Source: Nannocystales bacterium
GTDB lineage: Bacteria; Myxococcota_A; Polyangia; Nannocystales; Nannocystaceae
Assembly (NCBI GenBank): GCA_050633305.1
Contig: JBOEGF010000010.1
Coordinates: forward strand, 352,001-416,000
Length of the DNA: 64,000 nt
Direction of reading: 5' to 3'
Part shown: piece by piece, positions 28,772 through 40,287 of the stretch
Layout: the number at the start of each line of letters is the position of its first letter
How positions within the stretch are numbered: position 1 is the first letter of the stretch
The notes under the pieces: generated by a model
Database searches by the model: none
What the model was told of the DNA's origin: nothing
Seen by the model: the letters and a program-made list of their open reading frames with translations, nothing else
Position numbers and translations under genes: made by a program

Positions 28772-30190
28772 CTACTTGCGCAGCTCGGCCAGCATGGCGT
28801 CGACGTTCTTCTTGGCGTCGCCGAACAGCATCTGGGTGTTGTCCTTGAAGAACAGCGGGTTTTGAACGCCGGCGTACCCGGTGCCCATCGAGCGCTTCAT
28901 GACGACCGTCTTGCCCGACTTCCAGCACTTGAGGACCGGCATCCCAGCGATCGGGCTGTTGGGGTCGTCGAGAGCGCTGGGGTTGACGATGTCGTTGGCA
29001 CCGATCACCAGGGAGATGTCGGTGCGGGGGAAGTCGTCGTTGAGCTCGTCCATCTCCAGCACGATGTCGTACGGGACGTTGGCCTCGGCCAGCAACACGT
29101 TCATGTGGCCCGGCAGGCGCCCGGCGACCGGGTGGATGCCGAAGCGGACCTTCTTCTTCTCCTTGCGCAGGATCTTCACGATCTCGCTCAAGGAGTGCTG
29201 AGCCTGGGCGACGGCCATCCCGTAGCCCGGGATGATGATGATCGAGTTGGCCTCCTTGAGGTCCTTGACGACCGACTCGACGTCGGTGGGGACTGCCTCG
29301 CCTTCGACCACCTGGGCCGGGCCTTTGGCAGCGCCGCCGTCGGAGCCGAACCCGCCGAGGATGACGCTGATGAACGAGCGGTTCATCGCCGCACACATGA
29401 TGTACGAGAGGATTGCGCCCGAGCTTCCGACAAGCGCTCCTGTGATGATGAGCAGGTCGTTGCTCAGCATGAAGCCGGCGGCAGCAGCAGCCCAGCCCGA
29501 GTAGCTGTTGAGCATCGACACGACCACGGGCATATCGGCGCCACCGATGGCCATGACCATGTGCACACCGATCACGCAGGCGATGCCCGTCATGATCAGC
29601 AGGGGCATGAGGCCAGCCGGGCTTCCATTGTCGGTGACCGTGTGGCCGGCGTCGATGAACATGTAGCCAAGCACGAGCGAGCCCGCGACCATGCCCAGGT
29701 TGAGCATGTGGCGCGCGGGGAGCATCAACGGCTTGCCACTGATGCTGCCACGCAGCTTGGCAAACGCGATGATCGAGCCGGTGAAGGTGATCGCGCCAAC
29801 GAAGATGCCGACGAAGATCTCGACCTCGTGAATGGTCATCTCCACCGCGGTGAGCTGTGGCTGGGGACCGAGGTAGCTGGCGAATCCGACCAGGACGGCG
29901 GCCAAGCCCACGAAGCTGTGCAGGACTGCGACCAGCTCGGGCATGGAGGTCATGGCGACACGTTGGGCCAAGAACCCACCGATGAGCACGCCTGGGATGA
30001 TGGCGCCGGCGAGCATCGCGTAGCCCTCGACGCCTGGCGTGGCGGCGGTGGCGATGAGTGCGATGGCCATGCCGAGGATCCCGTAGAAGTTGCCGCGACG
30101 GGCGGTCTCCTGGGACGACAGTCCTCCAAGGCTGAGGATGAAGAGGATCGCTGCGGCGATGTACGAGACGGTGATCAGAGATGCGGTCAC
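28772..30190 (-). CDS. pntB: NAD(P) transhydrogenase subunit beta
   Basis: [64 protein letters not shown]. Confidence 0.97.
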   Translation of the reverse strand: MTASLITVSYIAAAILFILSLGGLSSQETARRGNFYGILGMAIALIATAATPGVEGYAMLAGAIIPGVLIGGFLAQRVAMTSMPELVAVLHSFVGLAAVLVGFASYLGPQPQLTAVEMTIHEVEIFVGIFVGAITFTGSIIAFAKLRGSISGKPLMLPARHMLNLGMVAGSLVLGYMFIDAGHTVTDNGSPAGLMPLLIMTGIACVIGVHMVMAIGGADMPVVVSMLNSYSGWAAAAAGFMLSNDLLIITGALVGSSGAILSYIMCAAMNRSFISVILGGFGSDGGAAKGPAQVVEGEAVPTDVESVVKDLKEANSIIIIPGYGMAVAQAQHSLSEIVKILRKEKKKVRFGIHPVAGRLPGHMNVLLAEANVPYDIVLEMDELNDDFPRTDISLVIGANDIVNPSALDDPNSPIAGMPVLKCWKSGKTVVMKRSMGTGYAGVQNPLFFKDNTQMLFGDAKKNVDAMLAELRK

Positions 30191-30203
30191 GACTGTCTCC
30201 CTC

Positions 30204-31772
<1,569 letters not shown>

Positions 31773-31855
31773 AGGCCTACGCCGCTCGGGGGCGAGCGAC
31801 ATTTAGCAGGTTATTCGCCCGATTCCGAGCGTTTGCCCCTGCTATCGTCGCGACC

Positions 31856-32338
31856 GTGAGCGACGAACCTCTCACACACTTCGACGAGGCTGGAGCGGCT
31901 CGCATCGTCGCCATCGACGAGAAGCCGGAGACCCCGCGCGCTGCGACAGCGCAGGCGCGCGTGCGCATGCAACCTGCAACGCTTGCGCGCATCGAGTCCG
32001 GGGCTGTGGGAAAGGGGGACGTCCTCTCGGTCGCACGCCTTGCGGCCATTGGGGCGGCGAAGGGCACCGCCGGGCTCATTCCGCTGTGTCATCCCGTCCG
32101 GCTGACGAGCGTCGACGTTGACTTTGCCATCCTCCGGGAACTCCCTGGGGTCGAAGCGCGAGTCACGGTTCGGGCTGTGGACCGGACGGGACCCGAGATG
32201 GAGGCCATGGTGGGGGCCTCGACCGCGGTGCTCACCATCTACGACATGTGCAAGGCGATGGACCGCGGGATGGAGGTCCTCCAGGTCGCGCTGTTGTCCA
32301 AGTCCGGGGGAAAGTCGGGCGAGTGGACGCGCGACTGA
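31856..32338 (+). CDS. moaC: Cyclic pyranopterin monophosphate synthase
   Basis: LTHFDEAG, KGDVL, LIPLCHP, TGPEMEA, TIYDMCKA, KSGGKSG. Confidence 0.95.
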   Translation: MSDEPLTHFDEAGAARIVAIDEKPETPRAATAQARVRMQPATLARIESGAVGKGDVLSVARLAAIGAAKGTAGLIPLCHPVRLTSVDVDFAILRELPGVEARVTVRAVDRTGPEMEAMVGASTAVLTIYDMCKAMDRGMEVLQVALLSKSGGKSGEWTRD

Positions 32339-32379
32339 TTTCGGCCCGGCTCCTACCGTGATCTCGGTGGGGACGGCCC

Positions 32380-33603
32380 CTAGTCGTATTCTTCGATCTT
32401 CGAGGGGAAGTTCGGCGTCAGGCTGGCGGGCTCTTCTCGGGCCGCAGGCTGGCCCTCGTTCTGGTTGCGGATGCCCGTCTGGAGCGACTCGTGCGCGATG
32501 GGGGTGTGGGTCTCGAGGACCTTGTTCAGCGCGTCGTCGAGGGCCCGAAGCTTGCGGTGGTGGGTGTCGTCACCGGGCTTCACCGCATAGTCTGTAGGTT
32601 CGGCGCTTGGTGCCGGGGCTGGCGGGGCTTGACGGGCTCCGACGGGTGCAGGAGCCGGAGGCGGGGCGCTTCGTGGGGCCCGCCGAGGACCAGGCTTGTC
32701 GAGCAGTCGAACCCACGGCTTGGCGTCCGACCGCAGAGTCCGTGCGATTCGCTCGAGTCCACTGATGGCTGCCGCCGCGTCGGAGTAGCGTCGTGCTCGC
32801 TCCCGTGCGATCAGCTTACTGAGTCCCGCGTTGATCAGCGGAGGCACGGACGGCGGAAGCGGGGGGACGCGCCCAGCAACATGTGCCTTCATCAACGTCC
32901 GCGCATCGGTCGATGAGAATGGCGGGGCTCCGGTGAGCATCTCGTAGAGGATCATGCCCACCGAGTACAGGTCGGCGCGACCGTCGATGTCCTCGCCCAG
33001 CGCTTGCTCGGGGCTCATGTACGCTGGGGTCCCGACAATGGCCCCAACCTTGGTCGTGAGCCCGTCCGCGAGCTTCTCGTCGACGATGCGGGCGATCCCA
33101 AAGTCCACGATCTTGAGAAGATCGTTGCCGTGATGATCCTTTGTGACAAACAGGTTGTCGGGCTTGAGGTCGCGGTGGACGACGCCGTGCCGATGGGCGT
33201 GGTCCAGCCCCCGTAGCACTTGCAGCGTCAACGCGATGCACTGCGACGGCGGAAGCGGCTTGCCGAGGACCTTCGCCAACTCGCGCCCCTCGAGCAGTTG
33301 CATCGCCATGAACTTGAGGCCGTTCTCGAGTTCTCCGCAGTCGAGGACGGCGCGGCAGTTGGGGTGGTCGAAACCAGACGATGCGCGGGCTTCTCGAGCG
33401 AATCTCGCGGCGATCTCCGGGTTGTCTCCGTACTCCGGGCGCAGCACCTTGATCGCGACAGCGCGGCCCAGCCCCATGTGCTGCCCGCGAAACACGACAG
33501 CCATGCCTCCGACGCCGATCAGCTCCTCGACGAGGTAGCGGCCAGCCACGACTTTTCCCTGCAGCTTGAGCTGCCGCGGAAGGGCGACGTGCCGGCTAGC
33601 CAT
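32380..33603 (-). CDS. Hanks-type Ser/Thr protein kinase (cytoplasmic)
   Basis: IGVGGMAVV, VAIK, HRDLKPDN, DFGIA, GTPAYMSPEQ. Pro-rich tail, no TM segment. Confidence 0.93.
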   Translation of the reverse strand: MASRHVALPRQLKLQGKVVAGRYLVEELIGVGGMAVVFRGQHMGLGRAVAIKVLRPEYGDNPEIAARFAREARASSGFDHPNCRAVLDCGELENGLKFMAMQLLEGRELAKVLGKPLPPSQCIALTLQVLRGLDHAHRHGVVHRDLKPDNLFVTKDHHGNDLLKIVDFGIARIVDEKLADGLTTKVGAIVGTPAYMSPEQALGEDIDGRADLYSVGMILYEMLTGAPPFSSTDARTLMKAHVAGRVPPLPPSVPPLINAGLSKLIARERARRYSDAAAAISGLERIARTLRSDAKPWVRLLDKPGPRRAPRSAPPPAPAPVGARQAPPAPAPSAEPTDYAVKPGDDTHHRKLRALDDALNKVLETHTPIAHESLQTGIRNQNEGQPAAREEPASLTPNFPSKIEEYD

Positions 33604-33949
33604 CTCCTTTGATGGTATCAGGCGCGCCCTGGACTAGGGTGGCGCTTTGTGCGCTGAACCGTGGGGGAGACTTGCATACACCTGACCGGGGGGACCTGTC
33701 CGTGGGGGTCGTCGTCCCGGCCGCCTCTGAAACGGGCGCGACGCGAGCTGAGCCGTGCCGCGGCAGGTTGTCACCTTGCGTCGATCCTTCGCGCAGCCTA
33801 CGCGGACCCGCGGCCGATTGCGATTCGCTGGAACAGCACGCGACCGCTTCGCGGGAGGGCCCGGCAAGACGGCGAAAGGCGGTCCGTGGCGACCCCGATC
33901 GGACCGCGTGCAGAGTCGGCCGAGAGGGTGCTTCGTCCGAGGTCTGCCG

Positions 33950-35788
33950 CTACTCGACCGTGACCGACTTTGCCAGGTTCCGTGGCTGGTCCACGTCGGT
34001 GCCCTTGAGATCGGCGACGTGGTAGGCGAAGAGCTGCAGCGGGATGCTGGCGACGATGGGCTGAAACAGCTCGTGAACGTCGGGCACCAACACGACGTCT
34101 TGTGCGATGTCTGCGATCGCCGAGTCGCCCACGGTCGCGAGCGCGATGATCTTGCCGCCGCGTGCACGGACCTCCTCCAGGTTGGACACCACTTTGTCGT
34201 AGCCCGGTCCCCGCAGGGCGATCACGACGATGGGAACGTTGTCATCGACCAGTGCGATGGGGCCGTGTTTCATCTCGCCGGATGCGTAGCCCTCGGCGTG
34301 GATGTAGGAGATCTCCTTGAGCTTGAGCGCGCCTTCGAGGGCGACAGGAAAGCCGAGTCCGCGGCCGAGGAACAAGAAATCGCGGGCGTGGGCGTAGCGA
34401 CGCGCGACGGTGCGGATGGACGCGAGCTGACCCAGAAGGCGGTTCATCGCCTCGGGCAGGGCGCTGAGGCTCTCGAGCATGGAGCGCTGCGCGTCGTCGT
34501 CGAGCTTTCCGGTGAGCTGCCCGAACTTGATCGCGACGAGGCTCATCACGACGAGCTGGCTGGTGAACGCCTTGGTGGAGGCCACGCTGACTTCGGGACC
34601 TGCGTGGGTGTAGAGAACCTGGTCGGCCGCTCGGGCGATCGTGGAGCCGACCACGTTGCAGATCGCCATCGTGCTCGCGCCGCGCCGTTTGGCTTCTCGA
34701 AGGGCCGCGAGCGTGTCGGCGGTCTCTCCGGATTGGGAGATGACGATCGCGAGGTCACGCTCGGAGACGATGGGGTCGCGGTAGCGGAACTCGCTGGCGA
34801 GGTCGACCTCGACGGGGATGCGGGCGACGGATTCGATCAGGTACTTGCCGCACAGGGCCGCGTGCCACGACGTGCCGCAGGCCAAGATGATGATGCGATC
34901 GAACTTGGAGACGTCGAGCTCGACGTCGTCGAGGATCACATCGGGGACCACGACGGTGAATCGCCCGGACATCGCATCGGAGAGCACGCGCGGTTGCTCG
35001 TGAATCTCCTTGAGCATGAAGTGCTTGTAGCCCTGCTTCTCGGCGGCGACGGGGCTCCAGTCGATCTCTCGGCTGTCGCGCTCGACCGGCTCGCCCTTGA
35101 CGTTGAACAGGCTGTATCCGTCGGCGGTGACATGCGCGAGGTCGCCGTCTTCGAGGTCGACCACGGTGCGCGTGTGGTCGAGCATGGCCACGACGTCGGA
35201 GCCGACGAACATCTCGCCCTCGCCAATGCCCAGCAGCAGCGGTGCGTTTTGGGCTGCGACGACCATCTCACCGGGCGTGTCGTCGTGGAGCACGCAGATC
35301 GCCCACGTCCCCTCCACTTGTTGGAGTGCGGCCGTGACGGCCTCGCGGAGGTTGGCTGCGGTGGCCATCTTGCGCTCGACGAGGTGCGCGAAGATCTCGG
35401 TGTCGGTCTCGGAATCGAAGACGCAGCCCTGGTCCTGCAACGTGCGGCGCAGGTTCATGTGGTTTTCGATGATGCCGTTGTGAACGACGCTGACCTTGCC
35501 CTGGCGATGCGGGTGGGCGTTGGATTCGGTGGGACGGCCGTGGGTTGCCCACCGGGTGTGTCCGATCCCGGTCGTGCCGCGGATGGGCTCCCGCGCGAGT
35601 CGTTCGCGCAGGTTGGCGAGCTTCCCTTCGCATCGGGCGATCGAGGCACCGGAGGCCGCATCGGGTCCTTGGCGACCCAAGATGGCGACTCCGGCGGAGT
35701 CGTAGCCCCGATATTCGAGCTTTCGCAGGCCCTCCAAAAGGATGGGGGCCGCCTCATTCTCACCGATATACCCAACTATGCCGCACAT
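33950..35788 (-). CDS. glmS: Glutamine--fructose-6-phosphate aminotransferase
   Basis: MCGIVG start, EYRGYDSAG, GHTRWATHG, SQSGETADT, KHGP, PRNLAKSVTVE. Confidence 0.98.
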   Translation of the reverse strand: MCGIVGYIGENEAAPILLEGLRKLEYRGYDSAGVAILGRQGPDAASGASIARCEGKLANLRERLAREPIRGTTGIGHTRWATHGRPTESNAHPHRQGKVSVVHNGIIENHMNLRRTLQDQGCVFDSETDTEIFAHLVERKMATAANLREAVTAALQQVEGTWAICVLHDDTPGEMVVAAQNAPLLLGIGEGEMFVGSDVVAMLDHTRTVVDLEDGDLAHVTADGYSLFNVKGEPVERDSREIDWSPVAAEKQGYKHFMLKEIHEQPRVLSDAMSGRFTVVVPDVILDDVELDVSKFDRIIILACGTSWHAALCGKYLIESVARIPVEVDLASEFRYRDPIVSERDLAIVISQSGETADTLAALREAKRRGASTMAICNVVGSTIARAADQVLYTHAGPEVSVASTKAFTSQLVVMSLVAIKFGQLTGKLDDDAQRSMLESLSALPEAMNRLLGQLASIRTVARRYAHARDFLFLGRGLGFPVALEGALKLKEISYIHAEGYASGEMKHGPIALVDDNVPIVVIALRGPGYDKVVSNLEEVRARGGKIIALATVGDSAIADIAQDVVLVPDVHELFQPIVASIPLQLFAYHVADLKGTDVDQPRNLAKSVTVE

Positions 35789-35873
35789 GGTGTCGTCTCC
35801 GTATAGCGTTGGGATGCGCGGAGAACCAAGATTATTCCCGCTTCGATTTGTCGCGCTGCTAGCTTCGAGGTCT

Positions 35874-36797
35874 GTGGGACTGCCGGTTGCGAAAGACTTT
35901 TGTGCGCAGGCTTCGAGCGACCTCGAAGAGCCCATCATCGGGACCGCAGCGGCCCGTACGAGCGTTTGGCTGGGCGTCGAGGTGCGCGGTGTTTGGCCGC
36001 GCGACGCGTTCGAGTGCGACACGGTTCCCCCAGCTCTTCGGTCCCGACTGCCGATGTGGGCCGCCGCGCTGCCAGGGTTTCGACCGCAGGCTCTTCGACG
36101 TCCGGGTCGCGAGCAGTGCTCCGAGCCGGCGGTGTTCGTCGCGTTGACCGGGCCGGACTGCGACACGGTCGTTCGGTTGAACGTCTCGTCCCTCGAGACT
36201 CTGTCCGAAATCGACCTCCCGTCCGTGGTTGAAACCATCCGCGCAGGAGGCGTCCCGGACGGCGGGCGGCGGGTCGAGGAGCCGGCCGTCTGGGTTTGCG
36301 TTCACGGCAAGCGTGACCGCTGCTGCGCCAAGTTTGGCGCGCCGGTGTTCGAAGCTGCCGCCGCGCTCGAAGGTGTCGATGTTTGGCAGACCTCGCACCT
36401 CGGCGGCCACCGGTTCGCCGCGACGTTGCTGTGCTTGCCGACGGGGCTCTGTTATGGCCGCGTGCAAGCTGACGATGTCGACTCGTTGGTCCGCAACCAC
36501 GCGCAGGGCCGCGTCCACGACCTCACTTTGTTCCGAGGTCGGAGCTGCTGGAGCGCTCCGGCGCAGGCGGCTGTGCACTTCGTCCGTGCACACGTGGGCG
36601 AGATGGCGACAAGCGGGTTCGTGCCAACATCCGAAGCTGAGACCGATGACGGAGTGCGGGTCCGAGTGGAGAGTCCGCGCGGTGGGTTCGACGTGGTGGT
36701 GGAGAAGCGGCCGGTCGGCGGAGAAGCTCCTCCGAGCTGCGAGAAACCGCCGGCGCCGGTCGCTGGCTGGTTTCAGGTCGCGCTGCGGCCCATCTAG
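35874..36797 (+). CDS. Sucrase/ferredoxin-like (Apd1/Aim32-type 2Fe-2S) protein
   Basis: VCVHGKRDRCC and SHLGGHRFA motifs. Start uncertain. Confidence 0.85.
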   Translation: MGLPVAKDFCAQASSDLEEPIIGTAAARTSVWLGVEVRGVWPRDAFECDTVPPALRSRLPMWAAALPGFRPQALRRPGREQCSEPAVFVALTGPDCDTVVRLNVSSLETLSEIDLPSVVETIRAGGVPDGGRRVEEPAVWVCVHGKRDRCCAKFGAPVFEAAAALEGVDVWQTSHLGGHRFAATLLCLPTGLCYGRVQADDVDSLVRNHAQGRVHDLTLFRGRSCWSAPAQAAVHFVRAHVGEMATSGFVPTSEAETDDGVRVRVESPRGGFDVVVEKRPVGGEAPPSCEKPPAPVAGWFQVALRPI

Positions 36798-36854
36798 GCG
36801 CTCCACGATCTTCCGCCCTGTTCGACGACAGGTTCGCTGGTAGGGTGGTCGAGC

Positions 36855-37607
36855 GTGTTCGGCTTGCGTCGACGGATTCTCTTTCCAAGGCACATGCTGG
36901 CTGCAGATCCGGAGGCGTTGCGCCACTTCGACGGCGTACAGCGACTGGCGCGCCCGGTCCGAGGGGGGGAGGTCGAGGCTTGGTTCCTCCCCGCTCCCGG
37001 AGACGGCCCGCGTCCGGTTGTCGTGTTCGCGCACGGGAACGGTGAGCTGATCGAGCACTGGCCCGACATGCTCGCTCCGTATCTTCAGATGGGGATCAGC
37101 GTGCTGTTGCCGGAGTATCGCGGCTACGGACGGAGCGCGGGTTGGCCGAGCGCGGACACGATCGGCGAAGACTTCCGGTGGTTTGTGGAGCAGGTTCGGC
37201 GCCGACCCGATGTGGACGCGAGCCGTTTCGTTTTGCACGGGCGGTCGATCGGCGGCGGGGTTGTTTGCGCGTTGGCTCAGCACGTTCAGCCACACGCGAT
37301 GGTGCTTTGGTCCACGTTCACGAACATCGGTGATGTGGCAAAGCGGTTCGGCATTCCGCGCTTCCTCATTCCAGATCACTTCGACAACGAGACCGCGCTT
37401 CGCGACGTGCGCGCCCCCACGTTCATCGTGCACGGGACGCAGGACCTCTTGATCCCGGTCTCGCATGCGCACCGACTGGCGGCCGCTGCCCGCGACGCTC
37501 AGTTGCACCTGTACGCAGCGGGGCACAACGACTGCCCGCCCTCAGGCGCGGATCATTGGCGCACGCTGGAGGGCTTCCTTCGCGATGCGGATTCCACGCG
37601 CGACTGA
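36855..37607 (+). CDS. Alpha/beta hydrolase (ABHD/BEM46-like)
   Basis: HGNGE, EYRGYG, GRSIGG, HGTQD, AGHND. Confidence 0.85.
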   Translation: MFGLRRRILFPRHMLAADPEALRHFDGVQRLARPVRGGEVEAWFLPAPGDGPRPVVVFAHGNGELIEHWPDMLAPYLQMGISVLLPEYRGYGRSAGWPSADTIGEDFRWFVEQVRRRPDVDASRFVLHGRSIGGGVVCALAQHVQPHAMVLWSTFTNIGDVAKRFGIPRFLIPDHFDNETALRDVRAPTFIVHGTQDLLIPVSHAHRLAAAARDAQLHLYAAGHNDCPPSGADHWRTLEGFLRDADSTRD

Positions 37608-37674
37608 CGCGGAACCTGGGCATGCCAGCCCGGTGACGTTGTCAGACACCGTGCGCGTGCGCTATCCCTCCGGA

Positions 37675-39351
37675 ATGAGGACGCTTCCGGTGCTGCTTGC
37701 CCTTCTGACGGGTGGATGCGCGACCACGATCGACAAGGCGCGGGACGCTCGCAACATCGGTGAGTACGACGAGGCCCGGTCGCTCTACGAGGAAGCGATG
37801 GCGGAGCCGAAGATGCAGGACACGGCGCGGGAAGAACTCGCGCAGATGTACGTCGATCGAGCTGCTGATGCCGAGTCCTCGAACAAACAGCAAGCGGAGC
37901 GAGAGTACCGTCAGGCGCTGACGGTCGACCCCGTCTTCGCGCCCGCGCTCACCGGTTTGGTGCGGCTGCTGAGGGACGGCGGGCGCATCAAGGATGCCCG
38001 TCTTGCGATCGACGGTGCGCGCAAGTCCGGGGAGTGCCCCACCTGCAATCGCCTCGAGCTGGTGGTCTTGCTCGAAGAGGCGGAGGCGGCCGCGAAAGCG
38101 GGGCAATGGAAAGAGGCCCTCACCCGCTACAGCGAAGCGCAACAGGTTCGCCCGCAACCGGCGGTCGCGCTCTCGATCGTGCAAGCCCACATCGCGCTTG
38201 GAGCCCACGCTGAAGCTGTTGCGGCACTTCAGCGATCGGTCCCGATGATGACCGACGCCGACACCAACGCGACGGGGAACTTCGTCACCTTCCGCGGGCA
38301 GCTCTTCACGCACGCACTCGAGGGCGGCGACATCCCGACAGCGGACCAGGTCCGGGCCCTTTCGCTGGCCAACGAACCGCAGCCGCCGTTGTTCGCGATG
38401 GAGCTCCGTGTCGCCGACCACCTGCTCGAGAAGGTCGACGGAGAGCTGGCGCTTGCGCGCTACGAGTCGATGCTTGCCCGAAAAGACGACGAAGCGCTCA
38501 GCGCCAAGCAGGTAGACGCGGTCAACACTCGCGTCGCGAGAATCTATGCCAACCGTGGCACCGCGCTTCTCAACGAGGGCAAGAGCAACAACGCCGACTG
38601 GGCTTTCAAGAAGGCGATCGAGATTCGCCCAGACGATTGGTCGCTGAAGCTCCAGCGTGTCATCGCGATTTCCGAGTCGGTCGGGTCGGAAAAGGCGTTG
38701 CAGTCGCTCAGCGGGGTTCCCGAGGGAACGTACGGTCTCAAGACCACCCGGGGAATCGTCGCGGCGCTGAAGGTTCGGGAACTTGTCGACCGCGGGCAGA
38801 TCGACGCGGCCCGAACCGCGCTTGCCGAGGTTCAGTCGGAGTATGGGAGTGTCCCCGAAGGGCACCTCGTCGCCGCGATGGTCCTCGCAAAGACGCCCTT
38901 CGAAGGCTTGTCCAAGCGGGAGCGCAAGGCGGTCCTGAGCACCAAGGCCTTGGTCATGTACCCCGGCGACCGGATCAACAGGTACGCGGAGGCCAAGGCC
39001 GAGCTGGCCTGGGTGAAGATGGCGATGGCGGCCTCCGACAAGGACAAGTTGTTCATCGCCCCGTGGCTGGGGACTGAGCTGGCCCGGATGGACCGAGAGC
39101 TCGCAGTCTCGTATCCCCCCGTCGTCGAGTTTCGGGCCGACCCGGAGCCCGTCATCGTCTTGCACAACGCGGGGGCCGGTTACGTCGATGTCGTCGTTGA
39201 AGGCGAGGACCTCCAAGAGGAGTTCGGCATTCCCACTGGCGACCGGACCGAGTTCACCGCTCCGGTCCCTGGTCTGCTACGCATGCGCATCAACGGTGAG
39301 AAGCGAGTCTACGTCGCCGAGCCCTACGCGAAGGTCACGATTCGCATCTAG
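37675..39351 (+). CDS. TPR-repeat lipoprotein
   Basis: Lipobox TGGC and repeated TPR-like helices (YRQALTVDP, FKKAIEIRP). Confidence 0.75.
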   Translation: MRTLPVLLALLTGGCATTIDKARDARNIGEYDEARSLYEEAMAEPKMQDTAREELAQMYVDRAADAESSNKQQAEREYRQALTVDPVFAPALTGLVRLLRDGGRIKDARLAIDGARKSGECPTCNRLELVVLLEEAEAAAKAGQWKEALTRYSEAQQVRPQPAVALSIVQAHIALGAHAEAVAALQRSVPMMTDADTNATGNFVTFRGQLFTHALEGGDIPTADQVRALSLANEPQPPLFAMELRVADHLLEKVDGELALARYESMLARKDDEALSAKQVDAVNTRVARIYANRGTALLNEGKSNNADWAFKKAIEIRPDDWSLKLQRVIAISESVGSEKALQSLSGVPEGTYGLKTTRGIVAALKVRELVDRGQIDAARTALAEVQSEYGSVPEGHLVAAMVLAKTPFEGLSKRERKAVLSTKALVMYPGDRINRYAEAKAELAWVKMAMAASDKDKLFIAPWLGTELARMDRELAVSYPPVVEFRADPEPVIVLHNAGAGYVDVVVEGEDLQEEFGIPTGDRTEFTAPVPGLLRMRINGEKRVYVAEPYAKVTIRI

Positions 39352-39359
39352 GCCTCGCT

Positions 39360-40256
39360 GTGGCGCTCCTCCTCCTCGGCACTCTGCTTGCGTTTGGACT
39401 GGGAGGTTCGTCGCCCCTGCCACTGCCGGTCGTCGGTGGCGAGCCCGCGCCGGAGCTGGCGTTTGAGGCGGTCATGGAGTTTGAGAACCCGTTGATCGGC
39501 GGGTGCACGGGCACGCTTGTTCGTCCGGATCTCCTGCTGACCGCCGGGCACTGCTTTCCAGAGGGAACAACGCTGCAGGCCCTTTCGGTCTCTCGGCCAC
39601 CGAGCCTCGGCGGTGGCCTCGTCGAGGTCGAGTCGTTTGGCACACACCCTGACATGTGCCTCACCTGTGACCGAGACGAGTTCGACTACGGCTACATCCG
39701 ATTTCAGGAGGCGCTCGCCGTGCCGCCGTTGGAGATCATCACCGACCAAGACCTCTGGGACGCGAGTCTCTACAAGGGCGCGGAAGTCACGGTGGTGGGA
39801 TGGGGCAACGTACCGGAGCGCGGAGGACTGCGGGGGGAGCGTTGGCGGGTCGAGGTTCCGATTCGTGGATTCACCAGTACGGGGATCGAGTTCATCGCGG
39901 GGGGTGATGGCAAGGACAGCTGCGGAGGGGACTCTGGGGGTCCCGCGCTGGTTCTTGGGGACGACGGGACCTGGAAAGTCGCGGGCGTCACCTCTCGCGG
40001 CTCCAAGCCCTGCGGAAGCGGCGGCTTCTACGGTGTCGCCTATCACGCGTTGGAGTGGCTCTCGGAGGAGGTCATGGACCCGTCGCTCTGCGGAGCGGAC
40101 TGCGGCTCGTGCGACTGCCTCGACACTCGGCCGCCTCCGGACGACGGATGCTGTTCGACTGGGCGTCCGATCGGGATCCCGTGGGTTTTGTTCGCGTTGC
40201 TCTGGCTTCGACGTCGACCGAGCAGACGCAAGAAAGCCCCTCACGCCGAAGCGTGA
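39360..40256 (+). CDS. Trypsin-like S1 serine protease with a MYXO-CTERM tail
   Basis: VVGG mature N-terminus, CTGTL, TAGHC, DYG, DSCGGDSGGP. Tail GCC...WVLFALLWLRRR. Confidence 0.9.
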   Translation: MALLLLGTLLAFGLGGSSPLPLPVVGGEPAPELAFEAVMEFENPLIGGCTGTLVRPDLLLTAGHCFPEGTTLQALSVSRPPSLGGGLVEVESFGTHPDMCLTCDRDEFDYGYIRFQEALAVPPLEIITDQDLWDASLYKGAEVTVVGWGNVPERGGLRGERWRVEVPIRGFTSTGIEFIAGGDGKDSCGGDSGGPALVLGDDGTWKVAGVTSRGSKPCGSGGFYGVAYHALEWLSEEVMDPSLCGADCGSCDCLDTRPPPDDGCCSTGRPIGIPWVLFALLWLRRRPSRRKKAPHAEA

Positions 40257-40287
40257 GAGGCTCTTTGGGAGAGTCGGTGGGACTCGC

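Noticed and set aside
33900..33990. attTn7 site at the glmS 3' end, a possible Tn7 insertion point
   Set aside because: The glmS terminus is intact, but I see no Tn7 end or tns genes downstream. The site appears empty.
35789..35873. glmS ribozyme upstream of glmS
   Set aside because: The space before the divergent gene is very short and shows no recognisable ribozyme core.
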